Source: Thermoproteota archaeon (GTDB taxonomy: Archaea > Thermoproteota > Methanomethylicia > Methanomethylicales > Methanomethylicaceae). Taken from it: a stretch of DNA of 64,000 bases. Under the pieces are notes generated by a model that saw only the letters and a list, made by a program, of their open reading frames with translations, ran no database searches and was not told the origin of the DNA. The first letter of the stretch is position 1. Each line of letters begins with the position of its first letter. The stretch lies in NCBI GenBank assembly GCA_020832905.1, contig JAJHRG010000001.1, positions 360,617 through 424,616 of the forward strand, read 5' to 3'. Made by a program: the position numbers and the translations under genes. Positions 41,928 to 51,251 of this stretch are shown here, piece by piece.

Positions 41928-42476
41928 ATGACAAAAATAAGAAATCTACTTGTAGAAGATGTAATGCGTAGAGATGTAGTAACATTACCTGAAGATGTTA
42001 ATATAAGAAAAGTTGCTATGGAAATGAGTGAAAAAGGTGTAGGATCTGTAGTTATAACACATAATAATAATCCAGTTGGTATAATAACTGAAAGAGATTT
42101 AGTTACTAGGGTAATTGCAAAAGGTCTAGATCCTGAAAAAACATTAGCAAAAGAGATAATGTCATCACCATTATTTGTTATAAGTCCAAAAGCTGAAATT
42201 ATGGAAGCAGCAAAAAAGATGTCTTCTTTAAATATTCGTAGATTAATTGTTATTAAAGATGGAAAAATGATTGGAATTATAACATCAAGAGATATACTAA
42301 ACGTAGCACCAGAACTTATTGAAATACTAATAGAAGCAACAAAAAATAGATTACTTGTAAGTTCAGAAGAAGAAATGGTAGGATATTGTGATAATTGTGA
42401 AGAATGGTCAGATTCACTTAAGGAAGTTAATGGTCAGTTTTTATGTGAAGATTGTCGTTTAGAATTTAGTCATTAA
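41928..42476 (+). CDS. CBS-domain pair protein with a C-terminal Cys4 Zn ribbon
   Basis: 182 aa. Two CBS motifs (VVTLPED...GVGSVVI, ...IRRLIVI..GKMIGIIT) and CDNCEEW...CEDC. Confidence 0.75.
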   Translation: MTKIRNLLVEDVMRRDVVTLPEDVNIRKVAMEMSEKGVGSVVITHNNNPVGIITERDLVTRVIAKGLDPEKTLAKEIMSSPLFVISPKAEIMEAAKKMSSLNIRRLIVIKDGKMIGIITSRDILNVAPELIEILIEATKNRLLVSSEEEMVGYCDNCEEWSDSLKEVNGQFLCEDCRLEFSH

Positions 42477-42483
42477 CAATTAG

Positions 42484-43326
42484 GTGGAAAAAATGAGTGT
42501 AAGTGATTTTATGTCATCACCTGTTATTGTTGTAAATCCAAATGATAACTTAGCTTATGTAAGAAATTTAATGCTAAAAAAAGGAGTGAGTAGATTAGTT
42601 GTTATTGAGAAAAATCATCCAGTAGGTATAATAACAAGAAGAGATATTATTAGAAAGCTTAGAAGTTATGATTTTCAGCAAAGAGATTTTGATTCAATAT
42701 TAGTATCAGAAATAATGCGTAGTCCTGTAGTAACAATAAATGAGAACTCATCAATTATTGAAGCTGCTAAAAAAATGATTAATGAAAATATTAGAGGTAT
42801 ACCTGTAGTAAATGATAAGGGAGAACTGGTTGGTATAATTACAAAAACTGATATAACAAGATATTTTGCTAAAAATTTTGAATCTAAATATGATGTAAAA
42901 TCAGTTTGTCAAACTAATAATATTCCTATAGTAGGTAGACATCATAGTGTATATAGAGTAATTGATATACTAGAAAAATATAATAATGATAGAGTTATAG
43001 TTGTTGATGGTGGAAAACCAGTAGGAATAATTACTGAAACAGATTTATCATTTGTTACACTTCCAAAGAAAGTTGAAAGTTTTATTAAAAGAATTAGAAA
43101 AGAGTATGGTGAAGTTTCTTATGAACGTATTTACTTAATACCTGTTGCTGAAGATATTATGACACCAGATCCAATAACAATAAAAGAAAGTGAAGATGCT
43201 AGTTTAGCAGCAAGAATGTTAATTGAGTATAATATTGGTGGAATGCCAGTAGTAAATAATGATGATAAATTAACTGGTCTAATTACAAAAGTCGATTTTA
43301 TTAAAATATTAGCAAAAGGTACGTAG
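42484..43326 (+). CDS. CBS-domain protein (four CBS motifs)
   Basis: 280 aa with repeated h-h-V-x(n)-G-h-h-T/S-x-x-D CBS signatures. Confidence 0.75.
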   Translation: MEKMSVSDFMSSPVIVVNPNDNLAYVRNLMLKKGVSRLVVIEKNHPVGIITRRDIIRKLRSYDFQQRDFDSILVSEIMRSPVVTINENSSIIEAAKKMINENIRGIPVVNDKGELVGIITKTDITRYFAKNFESKYDVKSVCQTNNIPIVGRHHSVYRVIDILEKYNNDRVIVVDGGKPVGIITETDLSFVTLPKKVESFIKRIRKEYGEVSYERIYLIPVAEDIMTPDPITIKESEDASLAARMLIEYNIGGMPVVNNDDKLTGLITKVDFIKILAKGT

Positions 43327-43327
43327 T

Positions 43328-44134
43328 ATGAAAATAACAGATATTTTAGTAAAGAATCCTCCTATGCTAAGTAAGAATAGACCTATAACTGATACGTTAG
43401 AAATTTTAAGAAAAGAACCAGTAGATAGTGTATGTATTTATGATGAAAATGAAAAACTCATTGGTACAATTAGCTATAGAGATATTTTAAGTAGAATTGG
43501 TATAGAAAAAGTAAGAAGAATATCTCCAGAATCTCTTTACAATTCAGGATTTGTTAGAGAGTTTCCTACTCATATATCATATGAGTGTTCTATTAGAAAA
43601 TGTGCAGAATTAATGTTAGAATTTAATGTAAATTCTTTTCCTCTTTTCTATGGTGAAACTTTTCTTGGTATGATTTATAGAAGAGATATGATAAAATTTC
43701 TTGAGAATTCTTCTACTACTATAGATTTAATAATGAATAAAAATCCACTAGTGATATATCCACATAATAGAGTAATACATGCAAGAAGAATAATGCTAGA
43801 TTATAATCTTTCTTTTTTACCAGTTTTAAATGATGAAGGTAGAATTTTAGGTGTAATAACTGAAGGAGAAGTTGTTAATACTTTAATAGAATTTTATAGA
43901 AAAACATCAGAAAAACATCAAAAAGCTAAAATAAAAGAAATATTAGTAACAACATCAATGATTGTAGACATTCCTATTGTAGAAAAGAATATCTCTATTT
44001 CTGATATTGCAATAGACATCAGAAGAAAAGGTTTACCAGGAGTTATTGTAACTGAAAATAAAAAGATTATAGGAATTGTTACTCATAATGAAATAATAAA
44101 ATATATAGCTCATAGCTTTCCAGAGGGAATATAA
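43328..44134 (+). CDS. CBS-domain protein
   Basis: 268 aa with multiple CBS-like repeats, contiguous with the two upstream CBS genes. Confidence 0.65.
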   Translation: MKITDILVKNPPMLSKNRPITDTLEILRKEPVDSVCIYDENEKLIGTISYRDILSRIGIEKVRRISPESLYNSGFVREFPTHISYECSIRKCAELMLEFNVNSFPLFYGETFLGMIYRRDMIKFLENSSTTIDLIMNKNPLVIYPHNRVIHARRIMLDYNLSFLPVLNDEGRILGVITEGEVVNTLIEFYRKTSEKHQKAKIKEILVTTSMIVDIPIVEKNISISDIAIDIRRKGLPGVIVTENKKIIGIVTHNEIIKYIAHSFPEGI

Positions 44135-44139
44135 ATTTT

Positions 44140-44559
44140 ATGAAATTTATAGTAGATGCAATGTTAGGAAGACTTGCAAAATGGTTAAGACTACTTGGTT
44201 ATGATACTATATATAATAAAATGCTTAATGATGATGAATTAATAAATATTGCAAAAAATGAAAATAGAATATTATTAACAAGAGATGAATTTCTTTTTAA
44301 AAAAGCAATAAAAAGTAATGTAAGTGCAAAATTAATAAGTTCTACAGATTTTATGATTGCCTTAAAGGAACTTAACTTACCTTTAGATGAATCTATAATA
44401 GGTTCTAGATGTACAATATGTAATGCAATATTAGTAGAAGAAAAAACAAATATTTGGAAATGTCCAAATTGTGGAAAACTTTATTGGCAAGGAAAACATT
44501 GGAAGGATATAAATAGAAGAATAAAACTTTTGAAAGGTGATAATAATGTTAACTCTTGA
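44140..44559 (+). CDS. Mut7-C (PF01927-like) PIN-fold RNase domain protein with a Zn ribbon
   Basis: 139 aa. N-terminus MKFIVDAMLGRLAKWLRLLGYD and C-terminus CTICN...CPNCGKLYW. Confidence 0.65.
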   Translation: MKFIVDAMLGRLAKWLRLLGYDTIYNKMLNDDELINIAKNENRILLTRDEFLFKKAIKSNVSAKLISSTDFMIALKELNLPLDESIIGSRCTICNAILVEEKTNIWKCPNCGKLYWQGKHWKDINRRIKLLKGDNNVNS

Positions 44560-45157
44560 AGAAGGAGAATTTTTAGTTAAGCTTGCTAGAGAAGCTGTAA
44601 CAAGATATATTAGTAAAGGAGAAAAAATTACTCCTCCTAAATATCCAAGTACAAAAATTTATGAAAAAAGTGGAGTCTTTGTAACTATAGAGAAATTATT
44701 TCATGGAGAAAAAATACTAAGAGGATGTATTGGTTTTCCATATCCATATTTCCCACTAATTGAAGCTGTAATTGAAGCTGCAATAAGTGCTGCTACAGAA
44801 GATCCACGTTTTCCTCCTTTAAGAAAAGAAGAACTTTCTGAAGTTGTATTTGAAGTTAGTGTATTAACACCTCCAAAATTATTAACTGTTGAAAATCCAA
44901 GAGATTATGTTAAGAAAATAAAAGTAGGAAGAGATGGCTTAATTGTAGAATTTGGTCCATATTCTGGAATTTTATTACCTCAAGTCCCAGTTGAATATAA
45001 GTGGGATGAAGAGACTTTTCTTTCAGAATGTTGTATGAAAGCTGGTCTTCCACCAGATTGTTGGCTTTCAAAAAAAGTTAAGATTTACACCTTTACAGCA
45101 GAAATATTTTCTGAATTATCTCCATGTGGTAAAATTATAAAGAGAGAACTTGGATGA
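44537..45157 (+). CDS. AMMECR1-domain protein
   Basis: 206 aa with the hallmark LRGCIGFPYP motif. Confidence 0.85.
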   Translation: MIIMLTLEEGEFLVKLAREAVTRYISKGEKITPPKYPSTKIYEKSGVFVTIEKLFHGEKILRGCIGFPYPYFPLIEAVIEAAISAATEDPRFPPLRKEELSEVVFEVSVLTPPKLLTVENPRDYVKKIKVGRDGLIVEFGPYSGILLPQVPVEYKWDEETFLSECCMKAGLPPDCWLSKKVKIYTFTAEIFSELSPCGKIIKRELG

Positions 45158-46358
45158 TAAAATGCGTCTATACTTTGCTCCATGTGGTATAGGATTAGGT
45201 CATGCAGGAAGATGTATTGCAATAGCTAATATGTTTAAGAATAATGCTGAAATTCTATTTTCTTCATATAATGAAGCTGTAAGCTACATTAAGAAAGAAA
45301 ATTATAAAGTAGAAAAAGTACCTGAGATTTATTTTTATGAAAAAATTGATGGTACTTTTGATCTTAAAAGAACATTAGCTTCAGGACCTAAAGTTATTAT
45401 TAATTTCCTTAGACAAATAGGTGCAGAAATAAACCTTATGGAACATTTTAAACCTGATGTTGTAATTTCAGATAGTCGCTTATCATCAATTATTGCTGCT
45501 GGAATAATGGGATTTAAATCTATTCTAATTTTACATCAATTAAGAATAATGATTCCTCATATTAAACCTATTGATAAGAAATTAAAACAAAAAATAAAAG
45601 ATCATACTGAAAGATTTATCTTAGAAACACTTGGTAGTTTTTGGAATTTAAGTAATATAATTTTAGTACCTGATTTTCCTCCTCCTTACACTATAGCTAA
45701 ATATAATGTTGTTCCATCTCATAAATATTTAAATAAACTCAAATTAATTGGTCCAATTGTATCAAAATATCCTTGGGAATTACCTCCAAAAGATGAAATA
45801 AGAAAAGAATTAAGAAAAAAACTAGGAATTGATGATAGTCCACTCATATTTATTGCTATGAGTGGTACATTAGCTGAAAAAAAGTACATTACTGAAAAGT
45901 TAATTAAAATACTTCAGGATTTCCCTCAAACATACAATGTGGTACTAAGTAGAGGAATTGCAGATAACAATAATGTTAATAGAATAAGTAAAATAAATGA
46001 GAAAATAGTAATATGTGATTGGGTAGATGATAGATATAAGTTATTAAAAGCATGTGATTTATTAATAACAAGAGGAGGTCATAATACTGTTTCTGAGGCA
46101 ATATACTATGGAAAACCAATGATAATAATTCCAACACCAGCTCATTCTGAACATCAGGGAATCGCAAAATCTGCAGTAGATATGAAAATTGCAAAATGTA
46201 TTCAACAATATCATCTTTCTAAAGAAGTTCTTTTAAGTAGTATAAATGAAATTTTGAATTCTTCTGAAATTCATTTAAAAGTAAAAGAATTAGAAAATTT
46301 TGCTTCTAAATTCAATGCTTTAAAAACAATTTACGAAATCATAAACAAAATAATATAA
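45150..46358 (+). CDS. GT-B glycosyltransferase (MurG/GT28/GT1-like)
   Basis: 402 aa. N-terminal Gly-rich loop PCGIGLGHAGRC and C-terminal ITRGGHNTVSEAIYYGKPMIIIPT. Confidence 0.6.
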   Translation: MDDKMRLYFAPCGIGLGHAGRCIAIANMFKNNAEILFSSYNEAVSYIKKENYKVEKVPEIYFYEKIDGTFDLKRTLASGPKVIINFLRQIGAEINLMEHFKPDVVISDSRLSSIIAAGIMGFKSILILHQLRIMIPHIKPIDKKLKQKIKDHTERFILETLGSFWNLSNIILVPDFPPPYTIAKYNVVPSHKYLNKLKLIGPIVSKYPWELPPKDEIRKELRKKLGIDDSPLIFIAMSGTLAEKKYITEKLIKILQDFPQTYNVVLSRGIADNNNVNRISKINEKIVICDWVDDRYKLLKACDLLITRGGHNTVSEAIYYGKPMIIIPTPAHSEHQGIAKSAVDMKIAKCIQQYHLSKEVLLSSINEILNSSEIHLKVKELENFASKFNALKTIYEIINKII

Positions 46359-46363
46359 AAAAA

Positions 46364-46609
46364 TTATTGCATTGTAATTAATGTAGTAGTTCTCAAAAGA
46401 CCATCTATCTTTCTAATCTCTTCAACACGTTTTGTAAGTTCCTTGATATCTTGTGTTTCTATTTTTAGTAAAATATCAAATTCACCAAATACTAAATATC
46501 CTTCAATTACTCCTTTTATTTTTAGACAATTTTCTAGTACTTCTCTTTCTCTTCCTATTTGTGTTACTCCTAATACAAAAGCTAATATTCCCATCTTAAG
46601 TACCCTCAT
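46364..46609 (-). CDS. stand-alone Lrp/AsnC-type RAM (ligand-binding) domain protein
   Basis: 81 aa with the pattern AFVLGVT...GVIEGYLVFGEFDILLKIETQD...DGLLRTTTLI, typical of the AsnC C-terminal domain. No HTH. Confidence 0.6.
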   Translation of the reverse strand: MRVLKMGILAFVLGVTQIGREREVLENCLKIKGVIEGYLVFGEFDILLKIETQDIKELTKRVEEIRKIDGLLRTTTLITMQ

Positions 46610-46679
46610 GTACAGTATGTATTATTTTTATCATAAATAGACATATATAAATAATTTTTCTTAATAATAATGGAAATAT

Positions 46680-47807
46680 ATGATAAACTTTATCCCCTTA
46701 TTATTATTAATAACTCCTATTGCTTATCAATATAATATTACAATAACATTAATTAATAAAGGAGAAACTCTTTTTCCTAATACAACAAATTCTCCATATT
46801 ATTATTTAATAAATCAAAATATATTTCCTAATACGACATATCAAGAAGTAATATTAGAAAAAGTCTTAGTAAACTCTTCACCAGCCTCATTTAAAATATA
46901 TTTAGATGCTGATGGAAATTCATGTATAAAAATTATTACAGATCAACCAATTAAAACAAATGAATCACTATCACTTTCACTATCTTTTTTAATTAAAATT
47001 AAAAATCGAGATTTTGATATTTCTGGAATAAGTAGTATAAATGATATACCAATGAATCTTTCTGAAAAATATCCATTAGTTGGTATATGGAATTTATCAA
47101 GTGAAAAATTAGAAGAAATTTCAAAACTTGTATATTCTATTAAAAATACTGAAGATAATGTACTAATAATAATAATGAAAATACTAAAATGGTTTGAAGA
47201 AAATATAAGATATAATTCTAGTCTTGTTTATCCTCAAAAAGTATTAGATACATATTACAATAGAAATGGAGATTGTGATGATCAAGCAAATTTATTTGTT
47301 CTTTTTTGTAGAATTTTAGGAATACCATCATATACTTCCATAGGTGCAATATATATTCCTGGAAGTAAAATTACAGATGAACATGATAATATGATTTTTA
47401 TTTTAAATAATGTAGTTTGGCATGGATGGGCAATGGTTTATTTACCAAAAGATTCTAAGGGTGAATGGTTTCCTGTAGATTTGACTTTTTTCAAAGGAGC
47501 ATATATTATTAATAATTATATTAGAAGTAGGAATTTGTTAGATCATATTACTGGATCTGCTTTTTCAAAACAAGCTACATTTGAATATATGAGAATTAAC
47601 TCTACAAATTATATTGATGATTATTTTAAAATGAAAAATATAATGAATAGCTATAATGTAACATGGATAGAAGAACATTATGTATATCCAGTTTATGAAA
47701 TTCCACTATGGTTTCTAATAGTGATAATTAGTATCATTTCTATTTTGATCATTTATAAGATTCGAAATGTATTACTGAGAAGATATCTTTTCTACCTCTT
47801 GGCATAG
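46680..47807 (+). CDS. transglutaminase-like (Cys-His-Asp) surface protein with an N-terminal signal or TM and a C-terminal TM anchor
   Basis: 375 aa. TGase core NGDCDDQANLFVLFCRILGIP with downstream H and D residues. Hydrophobic N-terminus and a C-terminal helix LWFLIVIISIISILIIY. Confidence 0.65.
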   Translation: MINFIPLLLLITPIAYQYNITITLINKGETLFPNTTNSPYYYLINQNIFPNTTYQEVILEKVLVNSSPASFKIYLDADGNSCIKIITDQPIKTNESLSLSLSFLIKIKNRDFDISGISSINDIPMNLSEKYPLVGIWNLSSEKLEEISKLVYSIKNTEDNVLIIIMKILKWFEENIRYNSSLVYPQKVLDTYYNRNGDCDDQANLFVLFCRILGIPSYTSIGAIYIPGSKITDEHDNMIFILNNVVWHGWAMVYLPKDSKGEWFPVDLTFFKGAYIINNYIRSRNLLDHITGSAFSKQATFEYMRINSTNYIDDYFKMKNIMNSYNVTWIEEHYVYPVYEIPLWFLIVIISIISILIIYKIRNVLLRRYLFYLLA

Positions 47808-48273
47808 GTCTTTCTGCTGGTACTCCAATTGGTATTAATGCTACTGGTCTTATTCCTTGTGGTATCTTTAATATTCTTCTTACTTCTTCTTCATCAAAAG
47901 CACCAACCCAACAAGAACCATAGCCTAATGCTGTTGCTGCTAATAACATATTTTCTATTGCAGCTGCAGTATCTTGTATACAATAGAGTGTTTTTCCTCT
48001 AATTCCATAAACAGATTCAGATTCATATTCCTTAGCACATACTACTATTATAACCCCTGCATGCATCATCCAATATTGACCTAGAGCTGCTTCGCATAAT
48101 TTTTCTTTTATATCATTATTTGTAACAATTATAAATTCCCAAGGTTGTAGATTTCCAGCTGATGGTGCAAGTATACCAGCTTTTAGAATTTTCATCAAAT
48201 CTTCTTCTTTTACAGGAACGTTTTTATATTTTCTTATACTTCTTCTTTTTTCTATACATTCAAATACATCCAT
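47749..48273 (-). CDS. nitroreductase-family flavoprotein
   Basis: 174 aa with RRSIRKY...APSAGNLQPWEFIIV. Confidence 0.8.
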   Translation of the reverse strand: MDVFECIEKRRSIRKYKNVPVKEEDLMKILKAGILAPSAGNLQPWEFIIVTNNDIKEKLCEAALGQYWMMHAGVIIVVCAKEYESESVYGIRGKTLYCIQDTAAAIENMLLAATALGYGSCWVGAFDEEEVRRILKIPQGIRPVALIPIGVPAERPMPRGRKDIFSVIHFESYK

Positions 48274-48328
48274 TTTCTCTCACTTACAAATATTTAATTT
48301 CATCTTACAAAAATATATTTTTAATATT

Positions 48329-48886
48329 TCATGTAGTTTTTGACATTTTTTCTAACATACGTTCAAAAGTCCATCGTACAACACTTCTAATTTCTCTTAT
48401 TCTTGTTTCATCTTTTACATTTCTAATGATTATTTCTTTTATTAAATCACCATCAGTTTCTATAGTATAATCAATAACTTCATCTGGACTCTTTTTCTTA
48501 CGTGCAACTTCTTCTTCATCTTTCTTTTTCATCTTTTCTAATACTCTTTCAATAAAAAAAGATTGAAAAGGTGAAGTCTTTATGCTTAATTTTAAATCTT
48601 CTCTTGGAACTATTTTAATTATATTTTTTCCTACATAAATATTTCCTAAATCCTCTCCAGATTTTGATTTTATTTGAAAGACTTCTTCATAAGTTTCTTC
48701 AAAAGTCTTTTTTTCAATTCCTTCTTCTACAATTTTACTTGCAGGTTTAAAACTAACTTTTGCTAATGCTTCATCAACAAGTTTAAGTGATGTTTTTAAT
48801 AGCATTAATTCTTTCTCCATTTTCATTATTTTTTCTTCTAAATCTTTTTTTAATTCAGCTAAAATTTTAACATCTTCTTCTGACAT
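48329..48886 (-). CDS. hypothetical coiled-coil protein
   Basis: 185 aa with a K/E-rich N-terminus. No motif recognised. Confidence 0.4.
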   Translation of the reverse strand: MSEEDVKILAELKKDLEEKIMKMEKELMLLKTSLKLVDEALAKVSFKPASKIVEEGIEKKTFEETYEEVFQIKSKSGEDLGNIYVGKNIIKIVPREDLKLSIKTSPFQSFFIERVLEKMKKKDEEEVARKKKSPDEVIDYTIETDGDLIKEIIIRNVKDETRIREIRSVVRWTFERMLEKMSKTT

Positions 48887-48973
48887 TTTTTCACCAATTA
48901 TCCTTTAAATATATCATTTGAGCTCATTATAATTTTATATAAGAAATTTCAAGTATATAATACTGGTGATAAA

Positions 48974-50779
48974 TTGAAATATAGTGAACTTGTTGATTTT
49001 TATGAGAGAATTAGTCAAACAACAAGAAGACTAGAAATTACTGATTTATTAGTAGGACTATTTAGTAAATGTCCTCCAGATTTAATTGATAAAATTGTAT
49101 ACTTAACTCAAGGAAGAATTTTTCCTGAGTTTATTCCTTTAGAATTAGGAATGGGCGATAAAATGATTATTAGAAGTATTGCTCAAGCTGCTACAGTTAA
49201 AGAATCTGAAGTTGAACAACTTTATAAAACTACAGGTGATTTAGGTAAAGTTGCTAATATTCTTCTTTCTAAAGGTAAAAAACAAGCAACTCTTGATTTA
49301 TTTTCTTTTTCTCAGAAAAAAGAACCAATTACAATAGAGCGAGTATATAAAGATTTAGAGAAAATTGCAAAAGCTCAAGGTCCTGGTTCTCAAGAAGAAA
49401 AAATTCGTATACTATCTGATCTCTTAAGAGATGCTTCTCCAAGAGAAGCAATGTATATAGTACGTACAGTAAATGGAACTCTTAGACTTGGAGTTGCTGA
49501 TATGACAATATTAGATGCTTTAACAATTACTTATGTTGGATCAAAAGATGCTAGACCTATTGTTGAAAGAGCTTATAATCTTAGAAGTGATTTAGGTTTT
49601 GTTGCTAGAATTCTAGCAACTCAAGGAATAAATGCACTTAAAGACATAAAGCCAATGCCAGGTATACCTGTAAGACCAATGCTAGCTGAACGATTATCTG
49701 ATCCTATTGAAATTTTAAAGAAAATGAATGGTAAGTGTGCAGCTGAATATAAATATGATGGAGAAAGAGTACAAATTCATAAAATTAATGATAAGAAAAT
49801 AATATTATTTTCTAGAAGACTTGAAAATATTACACATCATTATCCTGATGTAATAGAATTTATTTCAAATAGTATTTCCTTAAATTCTTATATTATAGAA
49901 GGAGAAATAATTGCCATTGATCCTGATACAGGTGAATTTTTACCTTTTCAAGAATTAATGCATAGACGAAGAAAGTATGATATTGAAGAAGCAATGAAAA
50001 AATATCCTGCATCAGTAAGATTATTTGATATAATTTATGCTGATGGAATAGATTTTACATTAACTCCATATCCTAAGCGTAGAGAATTTTTAGATAAAGT
50101 TGTTAAAGAAAATGATAGAGTAAAACTTGCTGAACAGAAAATAATTGAAAATGTAGAAGATTTAGAAATGTTCTTTCATGAAGCAATTTCAAATGGATGT
50201 GAAGGACTTGTTGTAAAATCTCTTTCTTCAGAATCAATATATAGAGCAGGAGCAAGAGGATGGCTTTGGATAAAATATAAACGTGATTATAAGAGTGAAA
50301 TGATAGATACTGTTGACTTAGTTATAGTTGGAGGATTTATGGGAACTGGTAGAAGAGCTGGTTGTATTGGTTCATTACTTCTTGCTACTTATAATGATAA
50401 AAATGATACATTTGAAACTGTATGTAAATGTGCAACAGGATTTAGTGATGAAGAAATAAAGAATATGCGAGATATTCTAGCTCCTTATATAATTCCACAT
50501 AAACATCCAAGAGTAGAATCTAGAATAACTCCTGATGTTTGGGTTTTACCAGCTATTGTTATTGAAGTTATTGGAGCTGAAATTACATTATCCCCAGTAC
50601 ATACTTGTGGATTAAATACAATAAAAAAAGGTGCAGGTTTAGCAATTCGTTTTCCAAGATTTACTGGTAAATGGAGATATGATAAGAAACCTGAAGATGC
50701 TACAACTACTGATGAAATAATTGAAATGTATAAGAGGCAATTAAAGAAATTATATGAAGAAGTAGAAGTTACTTCATAA
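48974..50779 (+). CDS. lig: ATP-dependent DNA ligase
   Basis: 601 aa. Adenylation motif I KYDGERVQIHK, with OB-fold and DNA-binding domains. Probable TTG start. Confidence 0.9.
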   Translation: MKYSELVDFYERISQTTRRLEITDLLVGLFSKCPPDLIDKIVYLTQGRIFPEFIPLELGMGDKMIIRSIAQAATVKESEVEQLYKTTGDLGKVANILLSKGKKQATLDLFSFSQKKEPITIERVYKDLEKIAKAQGPGSQEEKIRILSDLLRDASPREAMYIVRTVNGTLRLGVADMTILDALTITYVGSKDARPIVERAYNLRSDLGFVARILATQGINALKDIKPMPGIPVRPMLAERLSDPIEILKKMNGKCAAEYKYDGERVQIHKINDKKIILFSRRLENITHHYPDVIEFISNSISLNSYIIEGEIIAIDPDTGEFLPFQELMHRRRKYDIEEAMKKYPASVRLFDIIYADGIDFTLTPYPKRREFLDKVVKENDRVKLAEQKIIENVEDLEMFFHEAISNGCEGLVVKSLSSESIYRAGARGWLWIKYKRDYKSEMIDTVDLVIVGGFMGTGRRAGCIGSLLLATYNDKNDTFETVCKCATGFSDEEIKNMRDILAPYIIPHKHPRVESRITPDVWVLPAIVIEVIGAEITLSPVHTCGLNTIKKGAGLAIRFPRFTGKWRYDKKPEDATTTDEIIEMYKRQLKKLYEEVEVTS

Positions 50780-50814
50780 AATAGAAAGATTTATATTTTA
50801 AGTTTTTTATACAA

Positions 50815-50925
50815 AATTGCCGATCTAAATATCGGTGATGAGAGGAGTAGCCACCCCCTTGATTGCCCAAAAAAATTGGGAACCCACGCTCATTCTTGAG
50901 CGGGGAGGTAGGCATAAAAAACCTA
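50815..50925 (+). ncRNA. candidate structured small RNA or 5' leader: a GC-rich island with three perfect hairpins (strand uncertain)
   Basis: Stems read directly from the sequence: ccgat/atcgg (50820-50835), cccaa/ttggg (50866-50880) and cgctca/tgagcg (50887-50902). These lie in a stretch far more GC-rich than the flanks, within a 160-nt intergenic gap. A GTGATGA C-box-like heptamer is present but no D box, so this is not a canonical C/D sRNA. Confidence 0.3.
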
Positions 50926-50939
50926 AAGGAGGGAAAAAT

Positions 50940-51188
50940 GTGGGATATCGTAATAAAGGCCACAAGAAATTTGGACAGAAATACGAAAGAATAGATCTTA
51001 GACCAAAACCAGTAAAAGAAGGAGAAGAATACGAAGTTGATATAAAGGAATTAAGTAGACGTGGAGAAGGAATTGCTCGTATCGAGGGATTTGTAATATT
51101 TGTACCAAATACGAAAATTGGTGATCATATAAAGATTAAGGTAACTAAAGTGGCCAAGAGATACGCTATAGCTGAGGTTATTCAGTAA
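50940..51188 (+). CDS. TRAM-domain (OB-fold) RNA-binding protein
   Basis: C-terminal EGEEYEVDIKELSRRGEGIARIEGFVIFVPNTKIGDHIKIKVTKVAKRYAIAEV is a typical stand-alone TRAM domain. Start placed at the GTG at 50940, preceded by aaggaggg. The track's longer N-terminal extension is a read-through of the GC-rich island. Confidence 0.65.
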   Translation: MGYRNKGHKKFGQKYERIDLRPKPVKEGEEYEVDIKELSRRGEGIARIEGFVIFVPNTKIGDHIKIKVTKVAKRYAIAEVIQ

Positions 51189-51251
51189 AATTAAATTCAA
51201 TTTTAAAATTTAATATAATTTTATTTTTTCTTTTTTATTTTGTGATCCTAA

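Noticed and set aside
50834-50842. A C-box-like GTGATGA heptamer, which would suggest a C/D-box sRNA.
   Set aside because: No D box (CTGA) or D' box occurs within the following 100 nt, and there is no terminal stem. A canonical C/D guide RNA is therefore not supported.
50835-50939. The N-terminal 35 codons of the supplied 117-aa ORF (MMRGVATPLIAQKNWEPTLILERGGRHKKPKGGKN).
   Set aside because: This segment is a translation of the GC-rich hairpin island. TRAM proteins are about 60-85 aa, and an SD plus GTG sits exactly at 50940. The real CDS most likely starts there.
50769-50963. A 64-aa minus-strand ORF across the same GC-rich island.
   Set aside because: It is antisense read-through of the candidate structured-RNA region, with no SD or protein-like features.
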